Positions 18,735 to 29,500 of a stretch of DNA of 64,000 nucleotides are shown piece by piece; the stretch's first letter is position 1; the number at the start of each line of letters is the position of its first letter. Location: positions 3,488,001-3,552,000 of the forward strand of contig OY762463.1 in the NCBI GenBank assembly GCA_963665815.1. The letters run 5' to 3'. The position numbers and the translations under genes are program-made. This DNA is from Candidatus Cloacimonadales bacterium. GTDB taxonomy: Bacteria; Cloacimonadota; Cloacimonadia; Cloacimonadales; JAIOQZ01. A model generated the notes under the pieces. That model ran no database searches, was not told the DNA's origin, and saw nothing but the letters and a program-made list of their open reading frames with translations.

Positions 18735-20459
18735 ATGAACAGATTCAGTATTAATCATAAATGGATTGTTGAGCATCCAGATGAGTTCGATATAAAACAA
18801 GGTTTTTGTCGATTCTCAGGTGAATACATTTTAAAACCAAGTAAAGAAGAAAATCCGGGTCTGGTGAAGATATCTGATGGAACTGAAACAACCATCCACA
18901 GCTCGTATTATCCGGATAAAGAAGCAAAAAGATTTGCAGATAAAATAAGATCAGATAGAGATTGCATAATTCTTGGTGGTATGGGGCTGGGATATCACCT
19001 GAAACACGTTGTCGGCAGATTCCCTGAGAAGAAAATTATCCTTATTGAACCGGATAAGCATGTGTTTAATCTTGCACTACATTATATTGATTTAAGCGAA
19101 TTATCGGATGTCTGGTTTGTGATTGGTTTTGAAGATTTTGAACTACCGGAGTGGATTAATTTTAATTATGAGTACGATTATGTTAGTTTCACTCCTGCAA
19201 CAAGAGGAAATCCAGAGTATTTCGGTAACTTGGAAAAACTTGTAAAAAAGCAGAAAAGGTATTCACTCAGTGATGACTGGAAATACAGGAAGTTTACAAG
19301 TGAACAGTTAAGAATCGTTTATATAGACAGTGCTTATGTTTTGACAAAAGAATGTGTTACAGCTCTTCAACAACTAGGTCACAGAGTTCAGTATATCCAT
19401 ATTGACAGAGATAATTATGATTACAGAGAATTCATACGCAACTTCCTGAAGATGATCGCAGATTTCAGACCTGATTTTGTTCTTACTGTTAATCACCTGG
19501 GATTCGATAAAGAAGGGAGACTGACTGAGATGCTCTCCGAAATGGAGATACCTTATGCCTCCTGGTATGTAGACAGTCCTACTGTGGTTCTTTCTAACTA
19601 TACGGGTAACATCTCGGAATACTGCAATATATTCGTCTGGGACAGAGATTACATTGAAGACGTGAAAGACTACGGATATGAGAATGTGGATTATCTTCCG
19701 CTGGCAACATCTCCGGATATATTCTATCCGATGAACAAACCATTCAGTTATGATGTTTCTTTTGTTGGCAGCAGCATGGTGTACAGTACTCATAAAAACA
19801 CAAGGAGTTTCATTTTCAGACAGGACTTGCTGAATGCAATTGACATTGTAGCCATTGAATTTCTGAGTATGGATACAAGGTATGTAGATCATGCTATTGA
19901 CAGCGTCAGGAAGAAAGGCATTGTAATTAATTTTGAGTATGATGATCAGCAGGCAGATTTTGAAGCTGCGGTTCTATGGCGAGCGACTCAAATGTACAGG
20001 CTTTCCGGTATTATGAAACTGGCAGAGTTCTATCCGGCGGTGAATGGAGATCCTAACTGGGATCACATTCTTGATAACCGTTTCAGGATTGGTCGCGAAA
20101 TAATGTACTATGATAATTTGTGTGAACACTATAATGTAACGAAGATTAATTTTAATATGACTTCGCGACAGATGAAGAATGCTGTGAACCAGAGAGTGTT
20201 TGATGTTCCTGCCTGTGGAAAGTTCATAATTTCTGATTATAAATCTCAGCTGGATGAGATCTTTGATAAAGGTGAAGTTGTATTTTACAATGATATTGAA
20301 GAAATACCGGAGCTTGTCAGATTTTATCTGAATAATGATGAATCCAGAGAAGCTGTAACCGAAGCGTCCAGAAAGAAAATACTGGAAGCACATACTTACA
20401 AACACAGACTGGCTAAGATGATCAGCATATTGAGAAAAAGATATGAAGGAAATGTTTGA
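18735..20459 (+). CDS. Maf-like N-terminus fused to a CgeB-family (DUF3880/GT1-like) glycosyltransferase; probable flagellin glycosylation
   Basis: IHSSYYPDKEA, GMGLGYH, ILIEPD (Maf-like); SWYVDSP, YLPLA, DVSFVG, NQRVFDVPACG, HTYKHR (CgeB). Confidence 0.78.
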   Translation: MNRFSINHKWIVEHPDEFDIKQGFCRFSGEYILKPSKEENPGLVKISDGTETTIHSSYYPDKEAKRFADKIRSDRDCIILGGMGLGYHLKHVVGRFPEKKIILIEPDKHVFNLALHYIDLSELSDVWFVIGFEDFELPEWINFNYEYDYVSFTPATRGNPEYFGNLEKLVKKQKRYSLSDDWKYRKFTSEQLRIVYIDSAYVLTKECVTALQQLGHRVQYIHIDRDNYDYREFIRNFLKMIADFRPDFVLTVNHLGFDKEGRLTEMLSEMEIPYASWYVDSPTVVLSNYTGNISEYCNIFVWDRDYIEDVKDYGYENVDYLPLATSPDIFYPMNKPFSYDVSFVGSSMVYSTHKNTRSFIFRQDLLNAIDIVAIEFLSMDTRYVDHAIDSVRKKGIVINFEYDDQQADFEAAVLWRATQMYRLSGIMKLAEFYPAVNGDPNWDHILDNRFRIGREIMYYDNLCEHYNVTKINFNMTSRQMKNAVNQRVFDVPACGKFIISDYKSQLDEIFDKGEVVFYNDIEEIPELVRFYLNNDESREAVTEASRKKILEAHTYKHRLAKMISILRKRYEGNV

Positions 20460-21280
20460 TGAATTTAATAGATAAAATGAATGAACTTAGCAGACAAAAC
20501 ATATCGTTTGTGCTGGCAACTGTTGTTGAAGCAGTTAAAAGCACTCCCGGAAGAACCGGATTCAAAATGATCATCACAAGAGACGGAGAAAGCTGGGGAA
20601 CAGTTGGGGGGGGCAATGTTGAGCGTCAAGTGCAGAATAAAGCTGCAGAGATGTTCGATACAAGAGAAAACCAGTTGCTCAATTACAAGCTTACTGAGGA
20701 AGAAACCAGTCCTGGAATGATATGCGGGGGAGAGATCAGGATTTTTCTTGAGTACATTAAAGCTGAGACACGGATTATTCTGTTTGGAGCGGGGCACTTA
20801 TGCAGGAGCTTGGTTCCTGTGCTTAACCTGATGAACTACCAGACAGTTATTGTTGATGACAGAGACGGCTTTGCCAATAAGGAGCAAATTCCCCGGGGAG
20901 ATGAGTTTTATACTGTAGATTATACAGAGTTTATCAAAACATTCAAGTTTGCTGAAGAGGATTCAGTTGTAATTTTTACTCATGCCCATAAGAGTGACAG
21001 TGTGATTCTGGAAGCTCTGCTCGAAAAAGGAGTAGAACTGAAGTATTGCGGTATGATTGGATCAAAACATAAGGTTGCTGCTACTCTAAAACCATTGAAA
21101 GAAAGGTTTCCGAACAGTGAGCTGCTGAAAAATCTGTTTGCCCCTATAGGTCTTAACATAGCCAATAGAACAACAACAGAGATTGCTGTTTCCATAGCTG
21201 CTGAGATTCTTGGTGTCTTGAATGGTGTAGAAAAAGTTGATAATATGAGGAATAAGGAAACTAACTGCGAAAACAACTAA
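20459..21280 (+). CDS. XdhC/CoxI family molybdoenzyme maturation factor
   Basis: STPGRTGFKM, GTVGGGNVE, GMICGG, FGAGH, GMIGSKHK, APIGLNI, EIAVSIAAE; ATG overlaps the upstream TGA. Confidence 0.92.
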   Translation: MNLIDKMNELSRQNISFVLATVVEAVKSTPGRTGFKMIITRDGESWGTVGGGNVERQVQNKAAEMFDTRENQLLNYKLTEEETSPGMICGGEIRIFLEYIKAETRIILFGAGHLCRSLVPVLNLMNYQTVIVDDRDGFANKEQIPRGDEFYTVDYTEFIKTFKFAEEDSVVIFTHAHKSDSVILEALLEKGVELKYCGMIGSKHKVAATLKPLKERFPNSELLKNLFAPIGLNIANRTTTEIAVSIAAEILGVLNGVEKVDNMRNKETNCENN

Positions 21281-21315
21281 AAATACGAGATATAAAGAGA
21301 GATTTGTATGAATTT

Positions 21316-21368
21316 GGACTGCTTTGACTGAGTCAAAGCTCTTTACATCGACATAGTCGATGAACTCC
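21316..21368. repeat. REP doublet downstream of the RAYT
   Basis: GGACT-GCTTTGAC-TGA-GTCAAAGC plus CATCGAC-ATA-GTCGATG-AACTCC (GGAG-led on the minus strand). Confidence 0.8.
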
Positions 21369-21382
21369 TATAATTGATTTAA

Positions 21383-21925
21383 TCAGAAGCTATCATTGAT
21401 TTCGAGTTTATCTATTGGGTACAATTCTTTTACTTCTTCTATATCATTACCTTGATCTTCTAATCTATAAAAGTAACTGCCAAACTTCCAATTATCAGGT
21501 GTTGTAACATAACCGTGCTTTACCGGATTGTGCCAAATGTAATTTACTCTTGCATAATAAGATTTTTGATAAGATATACATTTATCCCAGTAATTATGAA
21601 AATATTTTTCTCTTTGTTTAACAATACAATTTCGAGAAAGCCAGTTTGCTGTAAACTTATGGAAATTATTCAATACATTTCTGAGAGTTTTAGCATTCTT
21701 TGGAGCATCAGCCATTAGATGAATATGATTATCAAGGATTACCCAATCCTCTAGTTCCCAACCAAAGTGCTCAAATGATTCTATAAGATATTTCAAAGCA
21801 GCTTCTTTTGCTGCATCTGTTTTCAAGTACTTGAATTTTCCTAAGGTTGAGGCAGTGATAAAATACTTTGAATCAGGAACAAACAAATGGGGAGGATTGT
21901 GCTTATATCTTCTAATTTTATTCAT
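21383..21925 (-). mobile_element. REP-associated tyrosine transposase (RAYT, Y1 HUH)
   Basis: YFITAST, WVILDNHIHL (HUH), NYIWHNPVKHG (catalytic Tyr); likely start ATG 21925 with TAAGGA RBS. Confidence 0.9.
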
Positions 21926-21963
21926 GATTGAATTCCTTAACAAATATGTTGTGTAAAACCCAG

Positions 21964-22030
21964 ACATCGACACAGTCGATGAACTCCTATAACTGATTTT
22001 ATCAGAAGCTATCATTGATTTCGAGTTTAT
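21964..22030. repeat. 67-bp direct repeat of 21345-21411 (REP plus RAYT 3' end)
   Basis: 64/67 identical by manual alignment. Confidence 0.9.
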
Positions 22031-22099
22031 AGTATTAGTACAGAATTGGAAGATTTCCTTTTCTATATAAAACTTTAAAGGTTTGATTTACAGTACTTC

Positions 22100-22152
22100 G
22101 GATTGCTTTAACTGTGTCAAAGCTCTTTACATCGACACAGTCGATGAACTCC
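22100..22152. repeat. REP doublet upstream of the RAYT
   Basis: GGATT-GCTTTAAC-TGT-GTCAAAGC plus CATCGAC-ACA-GTCGATG-AACTCC; near copy of 21316-21368. Confidence 0.85.
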
Positions 22153-22162
22153 CAACAAACTT

Positions 22163-22648
22163 CTACACTATTTTCTTATGAACTGCTTGGCGTTTAGCAA
22201 AGAAATTCCAGAAGAAGACTGTGCTTCCTGCAATAACCTTTGCCCAGATGTATTTCCTGATATTCAGTCCAATAGCTGAACTTAAGGTTATCAGAACGTT
22301 AAGATTAACAAACTCTGTCAGAGTGTACATGAGAACTTGATTGAGCCCCAGACCTATCATGCCGATAACCACGAAAATCTGAAACATGGTTGCTTCCCTC
22401 GTATGATTCTGCTTTGCAAAAACAAGTCGGGTTGTGACAAAATAGTTCATTAATGTACTTGCTATATATGATAATCCTGCTGAGAACCAGTAGTGCATAT
22501 GCAGGAACTCAGTTAATACAAAAAGAAGAATGAAATCAATAACAACTGCCAGAAATCCAGCACAGGCATATCGCAAAACCTGATAAGCAGTGTTATCATT
22601 TTCATTTTCCAGAACTTTTTCCTGATACTTAGAGACTATCTTTTTCAT
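22163..22648 (-). CDS. GtrA family membrane protein
   Basis: QVLRYACAGFLAVVIDF, NYFVTTRLVF, FFWNF. Confidence 0.88.
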   Translation of the reverse strand: MKKIVSKYQEKVLENENDNTAYQVLRYACAGFLAVVIDFILLFVLTEFLHMHYWFSAGLSYIASTLMNYFVTTRLVFAKQNHTREATMFQIFVVIGMIGLGLNQVLMYTLTEFVNLNVLITLSSAIGLNIRKYIWAKVIAGSTVFFWNFFAKRQAVHKKIV

Positions 22649-23914
22649 TTACTCAAAATAGAATATTGCCTTAATCGGATCAATTTTTGCGGCTTTCCAG
22701 GCAGGGTATAGTCCGAAGAGAATACCAACAGCCAAAGAAAATCCCAGTCCTAACATGACTCCATCGGATGGTATTGAAAAATCGATACTTGCTTTCTTTG
22801 AAAACTTATGAAGTATAATAAGTGCCAGGAGTATACCTGTTATTGCTCCCAGAATTGATAAGGTTACCGATTCAGCAATGAAGTACCCGAAAATATCTTT
22901 CTCATTTGCTCCACAACTTTTTCTTATTCCGATTTCAAGCATTTTTTCATTTATTGAAATCAGAAGAGTACTGAATAGTCCTATACCTCCGACAAATAAT
23001 GAAATTGAAGCAATCGAAATTAAAGTGATCTGCCACTTCATTATCATGTCTTTGAGTTCTTGAGTGTTTTTAAGCTCATCCTCTCCAATATCCTGAAACG
23101 CAAAGTCGTGAGTCATGTTATGTTTAGCAAGCATTAATTGGTATAGTTTTGTTTTCAGGTTCATGTATTGTTTTTCATCATGAGCCTGAACATGAATGCT
23201 TTGAACCTCTCTATTATTAGATATGTACTTAGCACCTGTTTCAACTGGTATATAGACTCCTTCCAGATCATACTGTCTCTCCCACTGATTACCTCCGAAC
23301 ATTCCCATTTCAATGTTCTCGGAAGCCAGAATTCCAATTACCCTAAGTCTAAATCTACCGATACTAACCATTTTGCCTAGAAAATCATCTGCTTTTGTTG
23401 TTGCTGTTGAAAAGGATGGACCTAATATGCAAACATTTTCACCATTTTTCTCTTCGAAACTGTTGAAAAGTCTTCCTTTTCCAATATTGTAAGATTTATT
23501 GCTGAAAAAATCATTACTCGTAGCACGAATCCTATGCCATTTCTGCATGTTTTGCGATACACTCACTTCCCATGTTTCGATGATTGCAAAAATATTCTTT
23601 GCATCAACTTTGCTTCTTATATAATTGTAATCATCTATAGTTATAGGCTTGTTTTCTCGATTTATTGTCATAAATCGTTGTCTTCCTCTACGATGGAAAT
23701 TCTGGTTCTGCTCGTTTCTAGTGATTACAATAGTATTGTTCAATCCCATTTTTTCCATATTTGCAGCAATTTTATTCTGTATACCGCTAACGGTCGCAAA
23801 CATACTTACGACAGCTGCAACACCAATAAGTATACCAAGAACTGTGAGAAATGATCGCATTTTATGTGACCAGATACTCTGAAGCGCATTCGCAAACGAG
23901 TTAGCTATATGCAT
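22649..23914 (-). CDS. MacB/FtsX-family ABC permease
   Basis: HKMRSFLTVLGILIGVAAVV, ISLFVGGIG, EIGIRKSCGA, GLYPAWKAAKIDPI. Confidence 0.92.
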   Translation of the reverse strand: MHIANSFANALQSIWSHKMRSFLTVLGILIGVAAVVSMFATVSGIQNKIAANMEKMGLNNTIVITRNEQNQNFHRRGRQRFMTINRENKPITIDDYNYIRSKVDAKNIFAIIETWEVSVSQNMQKWHRIRATSNDFFSNKSYNIGKGRLFNSFEEKNGENVCILGPSFSTATTKADDFLGKMVSIGRFRLRVIGILASENIEMGMFGGNQWERQYDLEGVYIPVETGAKYISNNREVQSIHVQAHDEKQYMNLKTKLYQLMLAKHNMTHDFAFQDIGEDELKNTQELKDMIMKWQITLISIASISLFVGGIGLFSTLLISINEKMLEIGIRKSCGANEKDIFGYFIAESVTLSILGAITGILLALIILHKFSKKASIDFSIPSDGVMLGLGFSLAVGILFGLYPAWKAAKIDPIKAIFYFE

Positions 23915-26133
23915 TAATGAATTTCCTGTTTACAGCTTGGGCAAACTTTTAATGTTTTACCGTTTTTGGTTACTTCTTCAACGTAAGGATGATTACATTC
24001 CGGACAAGACATGTTTACAGGTTTATTCCAGGTTGAAAATTTACATTCAGGATATCTGGAGCATGAGAAAAATGTTTTTTGTTTCTTGCTTTTCTTTTCC
24101 AGAATATCACCCTCTTTACATTCAGGGCATTTTATACCTGTTGTAAATGGTTTGGTAAACTTGCATTTAGGATAGTTTGAACAGGCAATGAACTTACCGA
24201 ATCTACCGTTTTTAATCAGTAGTGGATTACCGCATTCTGGGCAGTTTTCATCAAGTTTCGGTTCTTCCTTAATCTTGATTGTTCCGTCTTCGTCTCTAAT
24301 GAAATTCTTGATGTTGGAACACTCAGGGTAGTTGGGACATGCCAGAAACTCACCCTTACGTCCCCATTTAATCACCATTTTAGAGTGACATTTATCACAC
24401 TCAATATCAGTTTCCTGAATAAGTTTTTCTTTTGCTTTCTTGATATCAACTTTATCAATAAGATCTTTGATTGCTGAGTAGTATTTTCCGATCAACTCCT
24501 GCCAGTTGAATTTACCATATTCAATTTCATCAAGCCCGGATTCCATTTCTGCTGTAAATTCGCTATTGAAGAAGGAATCAAAATTGTTTACAAGGAATTT
24601 ATTTACGGTATCACCAAGGTTAGTGGGAGCAAGTCGTTTTGAGATAAGCTCTACGTAAGTTCTCTGGATAATCGTATTGAGTATTGCAGCGTAAGTTGAT
24701 GGTCTTCCAATACCTTTTGATTCCAGCTCTTTAATCAGAGAAGCCTCTGTAAAACGTGCAGGTGGTTTTGTGAAGTGCTGTTGAGGTTCCATTTTATCTG
24801 TATTGAGAGGATTACCTTCTTCATAGCCTGCATCAATTTCTTCGCCCATGGAAACGTTGTAGTGAGGATACACTTTAAGGAATCCCGGTGAAGCTATTGT
24901 TGATCCGCTGGTTTTGAACACTGCTTCTCCACCGTTAATGGAAAGCTGAAGGGAATCAACAATAATTGGAGCCATCTGAGTTGCAACAAATTTTTGCCAG
25001 ATCAGATTATAGAGTCTGTACTGATCGTTATCGAGAAAGTCTTTTACGTCTGCGGGAAGTCTTTTGCAGTCAGTAGGTCGGATAGCTTCGTGAGCATCCT
25101 GTGCTTTGCTTTTATTACTGAAGACACGTGGTTTACTGCTTAGATTAGCATTTCCAAGAGTTTTAGAAATCAGTTCCCGACAGCTTGATATTGCCTCATT
25201 GGAGATTCTTACTGAGTCTGTTCTCATATAGGAAATAAGACCGACATGTTCATTATTCACCTGAATACCTTCGTAAAGCTGCTGAGCAAGCATCATGGTT
25301 TTCTTTGGTGGAAAATTCAATACTCTTGAAGCATCCTGCTGCAATGTACTTGTAATATAGGCAGGACCGGGATGGATTTTTCTCTGTTTTTTCTCGATAT
25401 TGCTGAGATCGAACTGTTGCTTGTTTATTGTATTAAAAATCTCAAGAGCATCTTTTTCAGAACCAATATTTTTACTTACTGCTTTACCTTTCCAGGTTGC
25501 CAGACTTGCTTTGAATGGTTTCAGTTTATCTTTGGAAAAAAGAGCTTCTACTGACCAGAATTCTACAGGAACAAAGGCCTTTATTGAATCTTCTCTTTCA
25601 CATATAAGTCTGAGTGCTACAGATTGAACTCTACCTGCACTGAGGCTGGAAGTAATAACTTTCCAGAGAACAGGACTTATTGAATATCCCACAAGCCTGT
25701 CAAGAATTCTTCTTGCCTGCTGGGCATCGACTTTATCCATATCTATGTCGCCGGGGACATCCATTGCTTTCTGGATAGCTTTTTTCGTAATCTCGTTGAA
25801 TACGATTCTATATACTTCCTTACCCTTAGCTTCTGCCTTAAGAACCTGAAGTATATGCCAGGCAATGGCCTCTCCTTCACGATCATGGTCAGACGCAAGG
25901 TAGATTGCATCTGCTTCTTTAGCTTTTGCCTTGAGTTCTTTGATTATCTTGGATTTTGATCGATCTGTTACGTATTTTACTTTGAAACCATTTTCAATAT
26001 CAACACCGATTGTTTTCTTAGGCAGATCTCTGATATGACCTGCTGACGCTTTGACAACAAATTTATTGTTTAAAAATTTACTGATTGTTTTTGCTTTTGC
26101 CGGAGACTCGACGATTATTAAACTTTTTCCCAT
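23914..26133 (-). CDS. topA: DNA topoisomerase I
   Basis: IVESPAKAKTI, DHDREGE, SAGRVQS, ISYMRTDS, GIGRPSTYA, four C-terminal zinc ribbons. Confidence 0.98.
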   Translation of the reverse strand: MGKSLIIVESPAKAKTISKFLNNKFVVKASAGHIRDLPKKTIGVDIENGFKVKYVTDRSKSKIIKELKAKAKEADAIYLASDHDREGEAIAWHILQVLKAEAKGKEVYRIVFNEITKKAIQKAMDVPGDIDMDKVDAQQARRILDRLVGYSISPVLWKVITSSLSAGRVQSVALRLICEREDSIKAFVPVEFWSVEALFSKDKLKPFKASLATWKGKAVSKNIGSEKDALEIFNTINKQQFDLSNIEKKQRKIHPGPAYITSTLQQDASRVLNFPPKKTMMLAQQLYEGIQVNNEHVGLISYMRTDSVRISNEAISSCRELISKTLGNANLSSKPRVFSNKSKAQDAHEAIRPTDCKRLPADVKDFLDNDQYRLYNLIWQKFVATQMAPIIVDSLQLSINGGEAVFKTSGSTIASPGFLKVYPHYNVSMGEEIDAGYEEGNPLNTDKMEPQQHFTKPPARFTEASLIKELESKGIGRPSTYAAILNTIIQRTYVELISKRLAPTNLGDTVNKFLVNNFDSFFNSEFTAEMESGLDEIEYGKFNWQELIGKYYSAIKDLIDKVDIKKAKEKLIQETDIECDKCHSKMVIKWGRKGEFLACPNYPECSNIKNFIRDEDGTIKIKEEPKLDENCPECGNPLLIKNGRFGKFIACSNYPKCKFTKPFTTGIKCPECKEGDILEKKSKKQKTFFSCSRYPECKFSTWNKPVNMSCPECNHPYVEEVTKNGKTLKVCPSCKQEIH

Positions 26134-26146
26134 AATGTACCTGTTT

Positions 26147-26587
26147 TTAATTTATTATTGGTTTTTCACTTGCAGTATCAGAATCCATTACCCAGTCGAT
26201 TATTTCTTTAACCGTTACTGCATCAGGGTTAGTGAAAAACATAACGTTAGTAATTTTCTGAACTACATTTTTTGTTACTTCTTTATTCATTATCTGATAT
26301 ATACTCATAGATAGACTCACAATTTTCTCAAAAAGATATTCATCTATTGATTGCTTGTGAACAAGTTCAAGCAGATATCCGAATGCTTCACGACTCAAAA
26401 AAACTTTTTCATCTGTTGCTGCAATACGGTGATAACTGTTTTTGCTTTCTTCTTTGAAAATTTCTTTTAACAATCTGCTGATCGCAGGTTCGGTTTCCTC
26501 TCCGAAATTTTCAACCAGAGTTTCATCACTGCCGGTTTTCGATCCATCTATTTTCGAATCATATTTTGTCTTTTTTACTTGATTCAT
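26147..26587 (-). CDS. Smg/DUF494-like protein
   Basis: RIAATDEKVFLSREAFGYLLEL...LFEKIV resembles Smg; lies directly upstream of topA, as smg usually does. Confidence 0.55.
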   Translation of the reverse strand: MNQVKKTKYDSKIDGSKTGSDETLVENFGEETEPAISRLLKEIFKEESKNSYHRIAATDEKVFLSREAFGYLLELVHKQSIDEYLFEKIVSLSMSIYQIMNKEVTKNVVQKITNVMFFTNPDAVTVKEIIDWVMDSDTASEKPIIN

Positions 26588-26595
26588 AAATCCTC

Positions 26596-29500
26596 TTAAT
26601 CCTGACTACTCACTGCTCCACAGCATTTCTTGAATTTTTTGCCTGAACCGCATGGACAAGGATCGTTCCGACCCACTTTCTGATCGACTCTTCTTGGAGC
26701 AACCTTTGGTGGTGGATCAGACTGCTGATTAGTATGAGTTTCCTGAGCAGGTTGATCCAACGGTCTTGTTGAATATGCTGTTATGTTCGCATGAGATGTT
26801 GAAACACCTTTAAGAAGAGATTCAAGCTGTTCTCGAGATGATACAATATAAGTAGTATATACTTTTTTAGTAACATTTTCATATATTCTTGCAATCAATG
26901 TCTCGAACAGTTTAAAACTTTCTTTTTTGAACTCAATTAGCGGATCTTTGTTGGCGTAAGCTCTCATGCCTATGCCATCTTTAAGAAGATCCATTTCATG
27001 CAGGTGGTCTCTCCATTCGCTGTCAACTACATCAAGAAGGGATCTATGCTCTATTTTACGCATGATTTCGCTTGTCAGTTGTTCTTCCCGTTTATCATAT
27101 TCTGTAATCAGGAACTCCTGCATTTTATCCGATAGCCCTTCATGAGAAAGACCATCAGTAGATAGAGGGTCCATTGTCAGATTAAGGTTGTGATTAATCC
27201 ACTGGTAAAGCTTGGTAATATCCCATTCTTCTTCATAGGTGGTTTTTGCAGTGAGAGACATTGCGATATTATCAATTGTGTCTCGTATCATTTCCAAAAT
27301 GATATTCTTCAGGTCGTAACCTTTAAGAACATTTCTACGGAAATTATAAATAACTTCGCGTTGCTGGTTCATTACTTCATCGTATTTTATCAGTTGCTTA
27401 CGTATATTGAAGTTGTGACCTTCAACTCTTTTCTGAGCTTTTTCAACAGTGCTTGTCATCCAGGTGTGGGTTATTTTCTCACCTTCCTGAAAACCAAACT
27501 TTTTCAGCATAGGAGCAATCTTTTCTGAACCGAAAAGTCTCATAAGATCGTCTTCAAGTGACAGATAAAATCTGGATGTACCCGGGTCTCCCTGTCTACC
27601 TGCACGACCTCTTAACTGTCTGTCAATACGACGGGATTCGTGTCTTTCCGTACCAATAACATGCAGACCGTCAATAGGTTGTCCAAATGGAAATTCCTCA
27701 CTGATCTTGTCGGTTGCTTTCAGATAATCTTTCTTGTTCTGAGTTATCACGGTTTCACCAAGTTTAATATCTGTACCACGACCTGCCATATTAGTGGCAA
27801 TAGTTACAGCTCCCGGCTGTCCGGCATTCTTAACAACATCTGCTTCTTTTTCATGCTGCTTTGCATTAAGTACGTTATGTTTTATATTTTTTCTGGATAA
27901 AAGCCTGCTTAATGTTTCAGAAACATCAACAGATACTGTTCCGACCAGAACAGGTTTCTTTCTTTCGTGCCAGTATTCTATTTCTTCAATAATTGCTTTG
28001 TATTTTTCCAGCTTAGTCATTAGAATAACATCATTGTAATCTATTCTGGTAATTGGCAGATTTGTAGGTATAAGCATACATGGAAGATTATATATCTCAA
28101 CAAACTCAGCTTCTTCGGTAATAGCTGTACCGGTCATTCCTGCAAGTTTATCATACATTCTGAACAGATTCTGATATGTGATGGTAGCCAGAGTTTGAGT
28201 CGCACCTTCAATTTTAACTCCCTCTTTCGCTTCCAGAGCTTGATGGAGTCCTTCACTGAAACGTCTACCTGGCATAAGTCTTCCGGTAAACTCATCAACA
28301 ATCATTACCTTGTTGTCCTGAACAACATAATCAACGTCTTTTTCGAAGAGCGAATAACTTCTCAATAACTGAGATATATTATGCAGTTTTTCGCTTTTAT
28401 CGAGGAATCTCTGAGTAGCTTCTTCTTTCAACTCAGCTTTATCCTGATCAGGGAGATTTTCCTGTCTGTCAACTTCTTCAAGCATATCATCAAGTTGCTC
28501 AACAACAAAAAGATTCTGGTCATATCTGTGCAGTTCATTCTGACCTTTTTCACATAAATCTGCAGAATGAGCATGTTCATCTATTACATAAAACAGTTCT
28601 TCATCCAGGACGTGCATCTTTTTATCTCTGAGATAGTAGCCTTCAACATCCTGAATTGATTTTTTAACATCACTGTCTTTAGTCAGTTTCATCAGCTGTT
28701 TATTTTTGGGTGCAGCACGTTTTACTTTCAGGAGGATTTCTCCAACTTCCATCGGATCCCAGTCACCGGAGTCAATCAGCTTCTTTGCATCTGAGACAAA
28801 TCTGTTTGCCATCATATTCTGAGCGTTGACGAGTTTTGATATATATGGTTTGAGTTCAGGATAGAAGTTTTTACTTTCAGCCACAGGTCCACTGATAATA
28901 AGTGGAGTTCTGGCTTCATCAATAAGCACACTGTCAACCTCATCAATTATACAGAAAAAAAGGTCTCTTTGAACAAGCTCTTCTTTTGACCGAGCCATAT
29001 TGTCTCTGAGGTAGTCAAAACCGAATTCACTGTTTGTGCCATAAGTGATGTCACAATTATATGCTTCCTGTTTTACATCAACGCGCATTCCGTTAACAAT
29101 GCAGCCTACATTGATTCCATGAAACTCAAATATCGGTTTCATCCATTCCGAGTCACGCTGAGCAAGGTAATCATTCACCGTAATAAGGTGAACACCTCTG
29201 CCTGTAAGGGCATTCAGAAAAAGGGGAAATGTTGCCACCAGAGTTTTACCTTCACCTGTTGCCATTTCTGCTATGAAACCCTGATGAAGAGCAATTCCAC
29301 CAATTATTTGTACGTCAAATGGAACCATGTGCCAGGTTTCTTCGGAATCCCTGACTCTGTATTTATGTCCCACAAGTCTTCTACATGTATCTTTTACAAT
29401 TGCGTATACTTCAGGTAGGTAGTTATCCAGAGTATTCTGGATATGATCTTTCAGTTTCTTTTTCTGGTCATCCAGTTTATCTCCGATTGTTTCTTTTTTA

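Noticed and set aside
20606..20613. G8 tract in the XdhC gene as a phase-variation switch
   Set aside because: Encodes the conserved GGG motif and the gene is in frame; no evidence of slippage without reads.
21926..22015. N-terminal extension of the RAYT ORF given in the track
   Set aside because: Runs through the REP and duplicated segment; a better RBS lies before ATG 21925.
21316..22152. Repeats as a CRISPR array
   Set aside because: Only three irregularly spaced copies flanking a Y1 transposase; no cas genes or uniform spacers.
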